From Escherichia coli (GTDB taxonomy: Bacteria; Pseudomonadota; Gammaproteobacteria; Enterobacterales; Enterobacteriaceae): 64,000 bases of DNA. The notes beneath the pieces are model-generated. The model was not told the DNA's origin and ran no database searches. It saw only the letters and a list, made by a program, of their open reading frames with translations. Shown here one piece after another: positions 23,119 through 36,828 of this stretch (positions are counted from its first letter, which is position 1; the number at the start of each line of letters is the position of its first letter). Position numbers and translations under genes: made by a program. Location of the stretch: the NCBI RefSeq assembly GCF_044324785.1, contig NZ_CP172127.1. One strand, 5' to 3'.

Positions 23119-24767
23119 TTGGGCCGATACTGAATCAGCACCAGACGCTCCTGACGATCGATGGCATCTGCGGGCGGAATGGCGAGACTGTTGATATCTT
23201 CATCGCGGTCAACCGAAAGCACGAGTGTAATAATCCCCTCCTGACGATGTTGATTAAGCCAGTTTGCGAACTCATCACCGCTGACAAATCTCCCTTTCGC
23301 ATCCGGATAATTAAGGCCGTATTTCAACTCACCTGTCTGACGATACATGATGATGTCATCGCGTTGCAGGCTCCATGCCAGACCTGCGGCAACGCCCACG
23401 CTGTCAGTAAGAATATAGCGGCTTGGCTGCAGTGATTCTTGTGTCATCTCGACAAAAAATTGCGGATGTTTTCCTTCCAGGACTCTGTCAGGAATTGAAA
23501 ATCCTACCAGCAACGTCAGCCCCAGCGGGCAAAGCGCGGCAAAAGACCAGGTCTTTTCGACGTTTGTTAAGGTGTACCAGCCGAAAAATGCCCATAGCGA
23601 AAAAATCGACCAGGCACAGAAGACTTTATAGCTCTCGAAGGTTTGCCACACCGGCGTGTTCATTGGTCCCCAGGGGGAGACCACAAACGTAGCAATAATG
23701 CCAGTGACGCCAAAAGCGATGTTAATCCAGCCATTAATCCGCAACGCCAGAGGATTATTTTTTGCTGCCAGCAAAGCGTAATGCGCCATCAGCATTGCCA
23801 GAGGTGCAAAGCAGGAAAGAATATAGGTGGGCAATTTGCCTTTGGCGACGGAGAAAAACAGCAGCGGCATTACCGCCCAGCTCAATAAATAGACGGTTGC
23901 GGAATGCTTGCGGTTTTTCCAGCCTGTGTACAGTGCTCCGGGGAGTAATCCCAGCCACGGCAGGCTACCGGCAATGATGACCGGCAAGTAGTACCAGAAC
24001 GGAGCTCTATGCTGAGCATCATCCATTGCAAAGCGTTGAATATGCTCAACCCAGAAAAAATAGTGCCAGAAGTCAGGCTCCCGCTGCGCTATCGCCAGTC
24101 CCCAGGGGAGAACCGTCAGTACGCAACTGATAACCGCCAGCCAGCCGTAAATAAAGAGATCTTTCCAGCGTTTTTGCGTCGCCACCCATGGAAGCACGCT
24201 TAATACCGGCACGGCAAGGGCGAGAAAACCTTTGGTCATCACCCCCATGCCGCAGGTGATTCCCAGCAGTAAAAATCCGGCGCTTTTGCCTTTCCACGTC
24301 TGTGCCTGCATTGCCAGCCAGAAGCTGCACATTCCCGCCACCAGCCAGAATGCAATAAACGGATCGAGCACGGCATAAGTGCCGATGGCATAGACAATAA
24401 ACAATGAGAGATAAATTACTGTGGCGAGTAGAGCCAGACGTTTATCGCGCCATAAGCGCAGAGTAAACCAGGTCACCAGCGCGGCAGTTAACAGGGTCGC
24501 AAAGATAACGCCTGCCCGCACACCAAAGTTATTCGCGCCAAATAGCCATTGCCCAATGCTGTTAATCCAGTATCCGGCAATGGGTTTTTCGAAATAACGT
24601 AGCCCTAACAGATGGGGCACAATCCAGTCGCCGGATGCCAGCATTTCTCGACTGATTTCCGCATAACGCGTTTCATCGGGTTGCCATAGCAGACGTGTGC
24701 TGATCGGTAACAGGTAATAGCAGGCAATAAACGCGAAGAGGCCGATAAGGTAACGTACCGATTTCAT
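23115..24767 (-). CDS. arnT: Lipid A 4-amino-4-deoxy-L-arabinose transferase ArnT, 550 aa
   Basis: ORF track; polytopic glycosyltransferase. Confidence 0.95.
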
Positions 24768-25657
24768 CAGCGACTACCCGCAATTTGTTGGCAACCCAGC
24801 CAGCCTTCACGTCCGGCAATATTTCCGCGAACAACTTGCCCGAGCGGCAACGTCCCTGATAACAGTTCGCTTAAAGGGCAAAATGTCACGCCTTCCTGGG
24901 CTGCGCGTTTCAGGAGATCCACAAAATTATGCTGATAAGCGCAGCCTTCAACTTCTGCATGAATGGTATAAACCGGCGTGCCTTTATCTCGCAGGATGCG
25001 GTTGAGTAACCAACCGTTAAAATCTTCTGCTTTCACATCCCGACCAATCACTTCATCCCAGGTGGGTAAGGTCACCGGAATTTGCGCAGTGCCAGGGTTT
25101 CCTGATTCGAGCAGTGGACGAAACGGCATGGCCCCACGACAATCGCTGTTGTAGCGCAAATGGAACGCTTCTTTTGCTTCGATCACCTGCTGGTCGGCAC
25201 GCCAGCCAGCGGCTGCGGAGCAGGTTACCGGTTGGCCGATAATTTCTTCCAGGGTGCGAAGGCCGCGTGCGATATCGTCGACCATTGTTTGCCGATCCCA
25301 GTTACTGCTATGGGCTTGCCAGGCATGGTGATCCCAGGCGTGCAGGCCGACTTCGTGGTGTTTAGCCGCTTCACGAATGATATCGGCATTGGCATGACCA
25401 ATCTCTTTACCTGGCCAGGCCGTACCTGCCAATAAAATATCCCAGCCATAAAGCGATGCTGCGTTTGAGCGCAGCATCTTCCACAAAAACTGTGGCTTCA
25501 CCAGTCGCCAGAGATGGCGGCCCATATTGTCCGGGCCGACGCTGAAAAAAATGCTGGCCTGAATATTATGCTTACTCAAGATTTCCAGCAGACGCGGCAC
25601 GCCTTCACGGGTGCCACGAAAGGTATCGACATCAATGCGTAAGCCTACTTTGGTCAT
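24767..25657 (-). CDS. arnD: Undecaprenyl-phosphate 4-deoxy-4-formamido-L-arabinose deformylase ArnD, 296 aa
   Basis: ORF track; polysaccharide deacetylase fold. Confidence 0.95.
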   Translation of the reverse strand: MTKVGLRIDVDTFRGTREGVPRLLEILSKHNIQASIFFSVGPDNMGRHLWRLVKPQFLWKMLRSNAASLYGWDILLAGTAWPGKEIGHANADIIREAAKHHEVGLHAWDHHAWQAHSSNWDRQTMVDDIARGLRTLEEIIGQPVTCSAAAGWRADQQVIEAKEAFHLRYNSDCRGAMPFRPLLESGNPGTAQIPVTLPTWDEVIGRDVKAEDFNGWLLNRILRDKGTPVYTIHAEVEGCAYQHNFVDLLKRAAQEGVTFCPLSELLSGTLPLGQVVRGNIAGREGWLGCQQIAGSR

Positions 25658-27635
25658 GATGGTTTATCCGTAAGCTCGACGGTGCGCAAGAAGAAATCCA
25701 GCGTTTCGTCGATGGTTTCCTGCATATCAATTTTCGGCTCCCAGTCCAGGCAGCGGCGGGCATTGCGGATGCTTGGTTTACGATGCTCTACGTCCTGATA
25801 TCCTTTGCCGTAGTAGCTGCTACTTTCGACAACGCGAAAGCCCGCAAACGGTGGGAAGTGATGGCGCAGCGGATGTTTTTCGAAACTCGCCAGCAGCATC
25901 TCGCCCAGTTCCTCAATGCTCGCTTCGTTCTCAGGATTGCCAATGTTGATAATTTCGCCGTCGCAGCGATTTCCCGCATTTTCGATAATGCGGTACAACG
26001 CCTCGATACCATCGCGAATATCAGTAAAGCAGCGTTTTTGTTTTCCGCCATCAATTAGCTTAATTGGTGAACCTTCTACCAGATTGAGAATGAGTTGCGT
26101 AATAGCGCGGGAGCTGCCGATTCGTGCTGCATTAAGGTTATCCAGTCGTGGTCCCATCCAGTTAAACGGCCGGAAGAGGGTGAACTGTAAACCCTCTTTT
26201 TCGCCATAGGCCCAGATCACCCGATCAAGTAATTGTTTTGACACCGAATAAATCCAGCGTGGTTTATTCACCGGGCCGACGATTAAATTAGAATGGTCCT
26301 CATCGAAGTATTTATCGCTACACATCCCATAAACTTCTGAAGTTGACGGGAAGATGATTCGCTTACGGTACTTCACGCAGTAGCGGATAATGCGCAGATT
26401 CTCTTCAAAATCGAGTTCAAATACGCGCAACGGGTTGCGGGTATATTCAATCGGCGTGGCTATCGCCACCAGCGGCAAGACGACATCACATTTTTTGACG
26501 TGATACTCAATCCATTCGGAATGAATACTGATATCGCCTTCGACAAAGTGAAAATGCGGATGATTCAGAAAACGGCTTATCGCATCGCTGCCAATATCCA
26601 GACCGTAAACTTCATAATGATCTTCGCGCAGCAGGCGTTCTGTCAGATGGTTGCCAATAAAGCCATTCACCCCGAGGATGAGTACCCGGGTACGGCGTCG
26701 GGCGGTGCAGGCAGGCTGGCTATTCAAGCGTGAACCTTGCACCAGGCCCAGCGTCTGCGCTAACTGCGAGCCCTGCATAGTAATGCCGTCGCCCGCCTGT
26801 CCGGTGACGATTTCCAGCGCGCCATCGCCACAGGCAATCAGCAGTGGTGCAACAGAAATCACGCTCCCCGGCTGTGCTTTGCTGGCATGAGGATGAACAC
26901 GCGACGACCAGACGGTGAATTTCTGATTGCCAACATAGCTGAAGGCACCCGGCCACGGATCGGCAACGGCACGCACCATGTTGTGCAGTACGGATGCCGG
27001 CTTATGCCATTCGAGGAAACTGTCTTCCGGTGTTCTGCGACCAAAACAGGTGGCTTCGTTTTCGCGCTGGGCGATTTCCAGAATATTACCGTGTTTAATG
27101 GCGGGTAATGTCTGCTCCAATAGCTGGCGCGCGGCATGGCACAATTTATGATGCAGCGTAATGGCGATATCGTCTGGCGCAATGGCAACGCGCAGTTGTG
27201 CCACAATGGCCCCGGCATCGGCACGTTTCACCATTCGGTGCAATGTAACGCCAGTTTCCGTTTCACCGTTCACCAGCACCCAGTTCAGCGGCGCGCGACC
27301 ACGATATTTTGGTAACAGCGAACCATGCAGATTAAATGCACCTCTCGGAGCGAGCTGCAAAATCTCATCGCAAATAAGATGGCGATAATAAAAAGAGAAA
27401 ATCACCTCTGGTGATAGTTGGGCAATGCGTTCCACCCACAGCGGATGATTAACGTTATCCGGCGCATAAACTGGAATGCCTCTTTCCGCTGCCAGTCGGG
27501 CAACCGAACCATAAAAGGCTTTTTCACCGGGGTTATCAGTATGGGTAAAAATGGCGCTAATTTCGTAACCGGCAGACAGCAGGGCTTCAATACCGAGGCA
27601 TCCCATATCGTGGTAGGCAAAAACGACGGTTTTCA

Positions 27636-27636
<1 letters not shown>
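25654..27636 (-). CDS. arnA: Bifunctional UDP-glucuronate decarboxylase / UDP-Ara4N formyltransferase ArnA, 660 aa
   Basis: ORF track; N-terminal formyltransferase and C-terminal SDR domains. Confidence 0.96.
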
Positions 27637-28607
<971 letters not shown>

Positions 28608-29765
28608 TTATTGTCCTGCGAGTTGCTGAAGGGCTGTGATGACGCGGTCGGCATCGGCGGTGGTCATATCCGGGAACAGCGGCAACGAACAGATGCGTTC
28701 GCTATTCCATTCGGTATTCGGTAACGACAGCGTGGGAAAACGCTCGCGATAATATTTTTGTGTGTGAGCGGCGCGGAAATGTAACCCGGTACCAATGCCT
28801 CTTTCTTTTAACGCTTCCATCAACGCATCGCGACTGATACCACAACGTTGTTCATCGACACGAATAATAAACAGATGCCAGGCGTGAACGTGCGGCCAGG
28901 CGGGAAGGCTTAATGGCTGAAAGGGGAGAGCTGCCAGTGCTTGCTGATATTGCTGGGCAATTTCGCGCCGACGGGTGTTGAGGTGCTCTAATTTGGCTAA
29001 CTGGGTCAGGGCAATCGCGGCGTTAATATCGGTCAGATTATACTTATAGCCCGGCGTTAAGACTTCAGCTTGCGGTGCACGGCCCCAGGTTTGTCTGTCA
29101 TAGGCATCGACACCCAGACCGTGAAATTTTAGCATCCGTAGCTGGCGGGCAAGGTTTTCATTATCAGTAACAATCAGGCCACCTTCCGCACAGGTAATAT
29201 TTTTGATGGCGTGAAACGAAAAAATAGCGGTACCTTTTGCGCCAATATGTCGGCCTTTGTAATACGTACCGACGGCATGGGCAGCATCTTCGATAACTGC
29301 GATGCCGTAACGTTCGCCAATGGCGCGAATGGCGTCAATATCTGCTGGCGCACCGGCATAATGCACCGGAATGATGGCTTTAGTGCGTGGCGTAATGGCT
29401 GACTCGATCGCTTCAGGCGTGACCATCAGCGTATCGCGGTCGACATCCACCATTACCGGCGTTGCACCCAACAAGGAGATCATATTGAGGGTTGAAACCC
29501 AGGTCAGGGAAGGCGTAATCACTTCATCGCCCTTGCCAATTTCCAACGCCATTAGCGTGATATGCATTCCGGCGGTGGCTGAACTGACCGCGATGGCATG
29601 CTGATTTCCCGTCAACTGGCAAAAGGCTTGTTCAAGCGCCTGATTCTTCGGACCGGTTGTGATCCAACCGGATTCGAGAACCTCTTTAACTGCAGCGAGT
29701 TCCTCCACGCCCATTGCTGGTCGCGAAAAAGGCAAAAATTCTGACATTGCTTTTCCTTCCGCCAT
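28608..29765 (-). CDS. arnB: UDP-4-amino-4-deoxy-L-arabinose aminotransferase ArnB, about 385 aa
   Basis: Track ORF 28608..29780; start set to ATG for [16 protein letters not shown]-dependent DegT family. Confidence 0.9.
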
Positions 29766-29845
29766 TGAATACCTGTCCACTTATATTTGCTATAAAGAGT
29801 GTTGTGTATATTTTGCCATTTGGAGCAAAATTTTAAGGATAGAAT

Positions 29846-29862
29846 ATTAACTTAACCTTAAG
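29846..29862 (-). promoter_or_regulatory. Candidate PmrA (BasR) box upstream of arnB
   Basis: Minus strand reads CTTAAG-gttaa-GTTAAT (direct repeat, 5-nt spacer) about 80-95 nt upstream of arnB start. Confidence 0.55.
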
Positions 29863-30054
29863 AAACTAATATTAGACGTAAATATTGAAATTTTTATATT
29901 TTTTCTTATTTAGGCTTTGCATTTGGCAAAATTTTGAGGCATTTTGCCGGCATCGCAGGATTTTTAATATTACACCAACTGCTAATTATCGCCAGAAATG
30001 TCGCTCAATTTCACGGTAATTGTCTGGTTGCGCTTGTCTATAGGTGGAGTTTAC

Positions 30055-30657
30055 GTGTTAGCTTTTTGCCGCTCTTCGTTGAAGTCAAAAAAATATTTCA
30101 TCATTTTACTGGCGCTCGCTGCAATTGCCGGACTGGGTACTCATGCCGCCTGGAGTAGTAATGGTTTGCCACGTATCGACAATAAAACACTGGCCAGACT
30201 GGCACAGCAGCACACGGTTGTCGTTTTGTTTCGCCATGCTGAACGTTGCGATCGTTCAACCAATCAATGCTTGTCAGATAAAACAGGTATTACGGTCAAA
30301 GGTACCCAGGATGCCCGTGAACTGGGCAACGCTTTTAGCGCTGATATCTCTGATTTCGATCTTTATTCCAGTAATACCGTCCGGACCATTCAGTCGGCGA
30401 CCTGGTTTTCAGCGGGTAAAAAGCTGACGGTAGATAAACGACTTCTTCAATGCGGTAATGAGATTTATAGTGCAATTAAGGACTTACAAAGCAAAGCACC
30501 TGATAAAAATATCGTTATTTTTACCCATAATCATTGCCTGACATATATTGCTAAAGATAAGCGTGATGCGACATTTAAACCTGATTATCTGGATGGTTTA
30601 GTCATGCATGTGGAAAAAGGCAAAGTTTATCTGGATGGGGAATTCGTTAACCACTAA
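30055..30657 (+). CDS. ais: Lipopolysaccharide core heptose(II)-phosphate phosphatase-like protein Ais, 200 aa, GTG start
   Basis: In-frame GTG for (M)[13 protein letters not shown] within track ORF 29998..30657; histidine-phosphatase RHAER motif. Confidence 0.8.
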   Translation: MLAFCRSSLKSKKYFIILLALAAIAGLGTHAAWSSNGLPRIDNKTLARLAQQHTVVVLFRHAERCDRSTNQCLSDKTGITVKGTQDARELGNAFSADISDFDLYSSNTVRTIQSATWFSAGKKLTVDKRLLQCGNEIYSAIKDLQSKAPDKNIVIFTHNHCLTYIAKDKRDATFKPDYLDGLVMHVEKGKVYLDGEFVNH

Positions 30658-30695
30658 ATTTTCAATCTGACAGCCAGTAATGGCTGTCATCATTG

Positions 30696-31121
30696 TTACA
30701 GAAGACCTTTCAAACGTAACGTTTTTCGGGTGGCGACATTCAAATCATAATGCACCAGATCTTCAGGTTTTACCCACGCGTAGTCCTGAAACTCTTCGTT
30801 TATTTTCACTTCTCGGTTGGCAGAAACGCAGTCAAAAATCAGGTAAATCATATAAATCTCTTCCTTGCGACCATCTGCATACGTCTTGGTGCGAATATCA
30901 TCGCTGAAGGTCCACGGCGTGATTTCTGTCAAAAGCAGCTGTTCTCCCAGTTCTTCGCGAATTTCGCGGCGTAGTGCCTCTTCAATTCGTTCGCCAGGCT
31001 CCACGCCGCCACCCGAAAGCGCCCATTGACCGGGGAAAACGCCGCGATCGTCGGCCATTTTACACAGCAAATAAGCACCATCATTTTGAATCAAAGGGCA
31101 TACAATAGTCCGTTGTCGCAC
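30696..31121 (-). CDS. nudI: Nudix pyrimidine deoxynucleoside triphosphate diphosphatase NudI, 141 aa, GTG start
   Basis: Start (M)[11 protein letters not shown] inside track ORF 30696..31217; Nudix box [23 protein letters not shown]. Confidence 0.85.
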   Translation of the reverse strand: MRQRTIVCPLIQNDGAYLLCKMADDRGVFPGQWALSGGGVEPGERIEEALRREIREELGEQLLLTEITPWTFSDDIRTKTYADGRKEEIYMIYLIFDCVSANREVKINEEFQDYAWVKPEDLVHYDLNVATRKTLRLKGLL

Positions 31122-31399
31122 GGGGATATTCCTTATAAATAAAAAGAAACCATGAGAATACGGTAACTCAGAAATATGTGAAAGTGACAGTAATCTCTTT
31201 TGCGATGATAACTGCACTTATTATTATTTTTGTGTGTATCGATAAAGTGTGTTTATTTTTTCGGCGTTTAATTATTTAAGAAGTATTTAGTTACAATAAG
31301 TGACTAGATCCCTTTTTTCGCTCATTGAATCCTCTGTGCCAGGCAGTACAATCCCGCAGCTTTGGGAATTTTGATTTATTGCTTGTGGGAGAGGGGAAA

Positions 31400-31942
31400 A
31401 TGAAAAAAATTGCGCTAGCAGGTCTGGCCGGAATGCTGTTGGTTTCTGCATCGGTCAATGCAATGAGCATCAGCGGCCAGGCGGGTAAAGAATACACCAA
31501 TATTGGTGTCGGTTTTGGGACTGAATCAACGGGCCTGGCGTTAAGCGGTAACTGGACACATAACGACGACGACGGTGACGTCGCGGGCGTGGGGCTGGGG
31601 TTGAATCTACCTCTCGGGCCGTTAATGGCGACCGTTGGCGGAAAAGGCGTTTACACCAACCCGAATTACGGCGATGAAGGTTATGCCGCAGCGGTAGGAG
31701 GTGGTTTGCAGTGGAAAATTGGCAACAGCTTCCGTTTGTTTGGCGAGTATTATTACTCCCCGGATTCGCTCTCCAGCGGTATTCAAAGTTATGAGGAAGC
31801 GAATGCGGGCGCGCGTTACACCATTATGCGTCCAGTGAGTATTGAGGCGGGCTATCGCTACCTGAATCTGTCGGGTAAAGATGGTAACCGCGACAACGCC
31901 GTGGCTGACGGCCCGTATGTTGGGGTTAACGCCAGTTTCTGA
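31400..31942 (+). CDS. yfaZ: Outer-membrane beta-barrel protein YfaZ, 180 aa
   Basis: ATG for MKKIALAGLAGMLLVSASVNA (signal peptide) within track ORF 31325..31942; C-terminal Phe. Confidence 0.85.
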   Translation: MKKIALAGLAGMLLVSASVNAMSISGQAGKEYTNIGVGFGTESTGLALSGNWTHNDDDGDVAGVGLGLNLPLGPLMATVGGKGVYTNPNYGDEGYAAAVGGGLQWKIGNSFRLFGEYYYSPDSLSSGIQSYEEANAGARYTIMRPVSIEAGYRYLNLSGKDGNRDNAVADGPYVGVNASF

Positions 31943-32041
31943 TCCCTTCCGGCGCGGCATTCTGTCGCGCCATTCAGTTTCTTACTACGCCTCATCTCCC
32001 TTTGCGTTATAGTGATTCGATAACAAAAGCAGGAGATAACC

Positions 32042-33244
32042 ATGTTAAAAGTGGAAATGCTATCCACCGGGGATGAAGTGTTACACGGGCAAATCGTTGA
32101 CACTAACGCTGCCTGGCTGGCCGATTTTTTCTTTCATCAGGGGTTGCCATTATCTCGCCGCAATACGGTGGGGGATAACCTTGATGACTTAGTCACCATT
32201 CTTCGCGAACGTAGTCAGCACGCCGATGTGCTGATCGTTAACGGCGGGCTGGGACCGACCAGTGATGATTTAAGCGCACTCGCCGCTGCGACAGCAAAAG
32301 GTGAAGGCCTGGTGTTGCATGAAGCCTGGCTCAAAGAGATGGAACGCTATTTCCACGAACGTGGACGAGTAATGGCACCGAGCAACCGTAAACAAGCGGA
32401 GCTACCTGCCAGTGCTGAATTTATCAGTAACCCGGTAGGCACCGCCTGTGGTTTTGCCGTGCAGCTTAATCGTTGCCTGATGTTCTTTACCCCCGGCGTA
32501 CCGTCAGAATTTAAGGTGATGGTCGAGCACGAAATCCTGCCGCGCCTGCGCGAGCGTTTTTCTTTACCACAGCCGCCGGTTTGTCTGCGTTTAACTACCT
32601 TTGGTCGTTCGGAAAGCGATCTGGCACAAAGCCTGGACACTCTACAACTGCCGCCGGGGGTAACAATGGGCTATCGCTCCTCAATGCCTATCATCGAACT
32701 GAAACTCACCGGACCGGCAAGCGAGCAACAGGCGATGGAAAAACTGTGGCTGGACGTTAAACGTGTTGCCGGACAGAGCGTGATTTTCGAAGGCACCGAA
32801 GGACTGCCCGCGCAGATCAGTCGCGAATTGCAAAACCGCCAGTTCAGCCTGACGTTGAGCGAGCAATTCACCGGCGGTTTATTGGCTTTGCAACTTTCTC
32901 GCGCAGGTGCTCCATTGCTGGCGTGTGAAGTGGTTCCTTCACAGGAAGAAACCCTGGCGCAAACGGCGCACTGGATTACAGAACGGCGGGCCAACCATTT
33001 TGCCGGGCTGGCACTGGCTGTTTCTGGTTTCGAGAACGAACATCTCAACTTTGCGCTAGCCACGCCAGACGGCACTTTCGCTCTGCGTGTGCGTTTCAGC
33101 ACTACGCGCTACAGCCTGGCTATCCGTCAGGAAGTGTGCGCAATGATGGCACTGAATATGCTGCGCCGTTGGTTAAACGGCCAGGACATCGCCAGTGAGC
33201 ATGGCTGGATTGAGGTTGTTGAGTCCATGACCTTATCTGTCTGA
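32042..33244 (+). CDS. yfaY: CinA-like (MoCF-biosynthesis domain) protein YfaY, 400 aa
   Basis: ORF track; translation recognised as YfaY. Confidence 0.88.
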   Translation: MLKVEMLSTGDEVLHGQIVDTNAAWLADFFFHQGLPLSRRNTVGDNLDDLVTILRERSQHADVLIVNGGLGPTSDDLSALAAATAKGEGLVLHEAWLKEMERYFHERGRVMAPSNRKQAELPASAEFISNPVGTACGFAVQLNRCLMFFTPGVPSEFKVMVEHEILPRLRERFSLPQPPVCLRLTTFGRSESDLAQSLDTLQLPPGVTMGYRSSMPIIELKLTGPASEQQAMEKLWLDVKRVAGQSVIFEGTEGLPAQISRELQNRQFSLTLSEQFTGGLLALQLSRAGAPLLACEVVPSQEETLAQTAHWITERRANHFAGLALAVSGFENEHLNFALATPDGTFALRVRFSTTRYSLAIRQEVCAMMALNMLRRWLNGQDIASEHGWIEVVESMTLSV

Positions 33245-33463
33245 TTCCGCCACTCTGTGCCGGTTTACTGCACCGGCACATCCCCCCTCCGGCAAAATTT
33301 GTCCAACCTGTTGTACTCAATAAGAAAAAATCCGTGCGCTAATTCACAAATTTGTGCGTAATTTCTCCAGTCCGCTGGACGAGGAGCGGGATTTGATGCG
33401 CTTCACAATTTTACTCCCCCTGAGCAACGAGACTGATTCCAGTATCTAAGACTGGAGTCCAGT

Positions 33464-34246
33464 ATGTTGGAATCAAGCAAAGTTCCCGCCCTGACACGGG
33501 CTATTGATATTCTCAATTTGATTGCCCGCATTGGCCCCTGTAGTGCTGCGACGATCATTGACACATTAGGGATCCCTAAAAGCACGGCCTATTTGCTGCT
33601 TAATGAACTCAGGCGTCAGCGTTTTCTTAGCCTTGATCACCAGGAAAATTTTTGTTTGTGGACCAAGCTGGTGGAGCTTTCCGGTCATGCGTTAAGCAAG
33701 ATGGATCTCCGGGAACTGGCTCGACCGCGTTTGACGCAACTGATGGATACCACCGGGCTGTTATGTCACCTGGGGATTATTGATAACGGCAGCGCTTATT
33801 ACATTTTGAAAGTGGAGTCATCAGCCACTATCAGCGTGCGTTCCCATGAAGGAAAAAGCCTTTCGCTTTATCGCTCTGGAATAGGTAAATGCCTACTTGC
33901 CTGGCAACCTGCAGCTGTACAGCAAAGTATTATCGAAGGGCTGGTCTGGGAGCAGGCGACACCCACAACGATTACTCATCCACAGCAACTTCACGAAGAA
34001 CTGGCGCGTATTCGCCGCCAGGGCTGGAGCTATGACAACGGCGAAGATTACGCCGATGTCCGTTGTGTCGCTGCGCCGGTGTTTAACGCCAATAACGAGC
34101 TTACCGCTGCGATCTCGGTGGTCGGTACCCGCTTACAAATCAATGAAGAATACCGTGATTATCTGGCGGGCAAGGCCATTGCCTGCGCCAGGGATATTTC
34201 ACGTCTGTTGGGATGGAAAAGTCCCTTTGACTTACAGGCCTCATAA
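33464..34246 (+). CDS. rhmR: IclR-family transcriptional regulator of L-rhamnonate catabolism, 260 aa
   Basis: ORF track; N-terminal HTH and IclR effector domain; precedes rhmDTA. Confidence 0.88.
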   Translation: MLESSKVPALTRAIDILNLIARIGPCSAATIIDTLGIPKSTAYLLLNELRRQRFLSLDHQENFCLWTKLVELSGHALSKMDLRELARPRLTQLMDTTGLLCHLGIIDNGSAYYILKVESSATISVRSHEGKSLSLYRSGIGKCLLAWQPAAVQQSIIEGLVWEQATPTTITHPQQLHEELARIRRQGWSYDNGEDYADVRCVAAPVFNANNELTAAISVVGTRLQINEEYRDYLAGKAIACARDISRLLGWKSPFDLQAS

Positions 34247-34260
34247 CAATGGAGAACATC

Positions 34261-35466
34261 ATGACCCTACCAAAAATCAAACAGGTTCGCGCCTGGTTTA
34301 CTGGCGGTGCGACAGCAGAAAAAGGCGCTGGCGGCGGTGATTATCACGACCAGGGGGCGAATCACTGGATAGACGATCATATTGCCACCCCGATGAGTAA
34401 ATACCGCGATTATGAGCAGTCACGCCAGTCATTTGGCATTAACGTTCTTGGCACGTTGATTGTTGAAGTCGAAGCAGAAAACGGCCAGACCGGATTCGCC
34501 GTTTCGACAGCCGGTGAAATGGGCTGTTTTATTGTCGAAAAACACCTTAACCGTTTCATTGAGGGTAAATGTGTCAGTGATATCAAACTGATCCACGATC
34601 AAATGCTCAATGCCACCCTGTATTACTCCGGCTCTGGTGGCCTGGTGATGAACACGATTTCCTGTGTCGATCTGGCTCTGTGGGATCTGTTCGGCAAAGT
34701 GGTCGGGCTTCCGGTTTATAAACTTTTAGGCGGCGCAGTTCGTGATGAGATTCAGTTCTACGCCACAGGTGCGCGTCCGGATCTGGCAAAAGAGATGGGC
34801 TTTATCGGTGGCAAAATGCCGACGCACTGGGGGCCACATGATGGCGATGCGGGGATCCGCAAAGATGCCGCTATGGTCGCGGATATGCGTGAAAAATGCG
34901 GTGAGGATTTCTGGTTAATGCTCGACTGCTGGATGAGTCAGGACGTGAACTATGCCACCAAACTGGCCCACGCTTGCGCGCCCTATAACCTGAAATGGAT
35001 CGAAGAGTGCCTGCCGCCACAGCAGTATGAAGGTTATCGCGAACTGAAACGCAACGCGCCAGTCGGAATGATGGTCACCAGCGGTGAGCATCACGGCACA
35101 CTGCAATCTTTCCGTACGCTTTCAGAAACCGGCATCGACATTATGCAGCCGGATGTTGGCTGGTGCGGTGGGTTAACCACGCTGGTGGAAATTGCCGCAA
35201 TCGCCAAATCCAGAGGGCAACTGGTGGTGCCGCACGGTTCGTCTGTTTACTCTCACCATGCGGTGATCACCTTCACCAATACGCCATTCAGCGAATTCCT
35301 GATGACCAGCCCGGATTGTTCAACGATGCGTCCGCAATTTGATCCGATTCTGCTTAATGAGCCAGTGCCGGTGAATGGTCGTATTCATAAATCAGTGCTT
35401 GATAAACCCGGTTTCGGCGTCGAACTCAATCGTGACTGCAATTTGAAACGCCCCTACAGCCACTAA
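34261..35466 (+). CDS. rhmD: L-rhamnonate dehydratase (enolase superfamily), 401 aa
   Basis: ATG for [13 protein letters not shown] within track ORF 34249..35466. Confidence 0.9.
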   Translation: MTLPKIKQVRAWFTGGATAEKGAGGGDYHDQGANHWIDDHIATPMSKYRDYEQSRQSFGINVLGTLIVEVEAENGQTGFAVSTAGEMGCFIVEKHLNRFIEGKCVSDIKLIHDQMLNATLYYSGSGGLVMNTISCVDLALWDLFGKVVGLPVYKLLGGAVRDEIQFYATGARPDLAKEMGFIGGKMPTHWGPHDGDAGIRKDAAMVADMREKCGEDFWLMLDCWMSQDVNYATKLAHACAPYNLKWIEECLPPQQYEGYRELKRNAPVGMMVTSGEHHGTLQSFRTLSETGIDIMQPDVGWCGGLTTLVEIAAIAKSRGQLVVPHGSSVYSHHAVITFTNTPFSEFLMTSPDCSTMRPQFDPILLNEPVPVNGRIHKSVLDKPGFGVELNRDCNLKRPYSH

Positions 35467-35522
35467 TCATTCCGGGCGTTGCTGTGACAACGGTAACGCC
35501 CACACATTCTAAGGAGCTTTTT

Positions 35523-36812
35523 ATGAGCACCGCTTTGCTTGACGCCGTGGTGAAGAAAAACCGTGCGCGTTTAATTCCGTTTATGTTGGCGCTGTATGTG
35601 CTGGCGTTTCTCGACCGTTCGAATATCGGTTTTGCCAAACAGACCTACCAGATTGATACCGGGCTGAGTAATGAAGCTTATGCGCTGGGAGCAGGCATTT
35701 TCTTTGTTGTATATGCGTTTCTGGGTGTTCCGGCGAATCTTTTGATGCGCAAACTGGGGGCAAGAACCTGGATTGGTACGACAACACTGCTGTGGGGATT
35801 TCTTTCGGCAGCCATGGCATGGGCCGATACTGAAGCGAAATTTCTGATCGTTCGTACTCTGCTTGGTGCTGCGGAGGCCGGGTTCTTCCCTGGTATGATT
35901 TATCTCACCTCGCAATGGTTTCCGCAGCGTAATCGCGCCAGCATTATGGGGTTGTTCTATATGGGCGCACCGCTGGCGTTAACACTGGGATCACCGCTTT
36001 CCGGCGCGCTGCTGGAGATGCATGGATTTATGGGGCATCCCGGCTGGTTCTGGATGTTTGTGATTGAAGGATTGCTGGCAGTCGGCGCTGGGGTATTCAC
36101 ATTCTTTTGGCTTGATGACACACCGGAGCAGGCACGTTTTCTGAGTAAACAAGAAAAAACGTTGCTTATCAATCAACTGGCAAGTGAAGAACAACAGAAA
36201 GTGACTTCTCGATTGAGCGATGCGCTGCGTAATGGCCGAGTCTGGCAACTGGCGATTATCTACCTGACCATTCAGGTGGCGGTTTACGGATTAATTTTCT
36301 TCCTGCCGACCCAGGTTGCTGCATTGCTGGGGACAAAAGTGGGCTTTACGGCGTCGGTGGTCACCGCCATTCCGTGGGTTGCGGCCTTGTTTGGGACCTG
36401 GCTTATTCCGCGCTATTCCGATAAAACCGGCGAACGGCGTAATGTCGCAGCGCTGACATTACTGGCGGCGGGCATTGGTATTGGTCTCTCCGGGCTGCTT
36501 TCTCCAGTACTGGCGATCGTAGCGCTGTGTGTTGCAGCCATCGGGTTCATTGCCGTGCAGCCGGTGTTCTGGACGATGCCGACACAACTTCTTTCCGGTA
36601 CGGCGCTGGCTGCGGGGATTGGTTTTATAAACCTGTTTGGTGCAGTGGGCGGGTTTATTGCCCCGATCCTGCGCGTGAAAGCAGAAACGTTATTTTCCAG
36701 CGATGCGGCGGGATTACTGACGCTGGCAGCGGTGGCGGTCATCGGTTCGCTGATTATTTTCACTCTGCGTGTAAATCGCACTGTTGCGCAGACCGACGTG
36801 GCACATCATTAA
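35523..36812 (+). CDS. rhmT: MFS L-rhamnonate transporter, 429 aa
   Basis: ATG for MSTALLDAVVKK preceded by taaggag RBS; track ORF starts 13 codons upstream. Confidence 0.88.
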   Translation: MSTALLDAVVKKNRARLIPFMLALYVLAFLDRSNIGFAKQTYQIDTGLSNEAYALGAGIFFVVYAFLGVPANLLMRKLGARTWIGTTTLLWGFLSAAMAWADTEAKFLIVRTLLGAAEAGFFPGMIYLTSQWFPQRNRASIMGLFYMGAPLALTLGSPLSGALLEMHGFMGHPGWFWMFVIEGLLAVGAGVFTFFWLDDTPEQARFLSKQEKTLLINQLASEEQQKVTSRLSDALRNGRVWQLAIIYLTIQVAVYGLIFFLPTQVAALLGTKVGFTASVVTAIPWVAALFGTWLIPRYSDKTGERRNVAALTLLAAGIGIGLSGLLSPVLAIVALCVAAIGFIAVQPVFWTMPTQLLSGTALAAGIGFINLFGAVGGFIAPILRVKAETLFSSDAAGLLTLAAVAVIGSLIIFTLRVNRTVAQTDVAHH

Positions 36813-36828
36813 ATAGTTAAGGAACACG

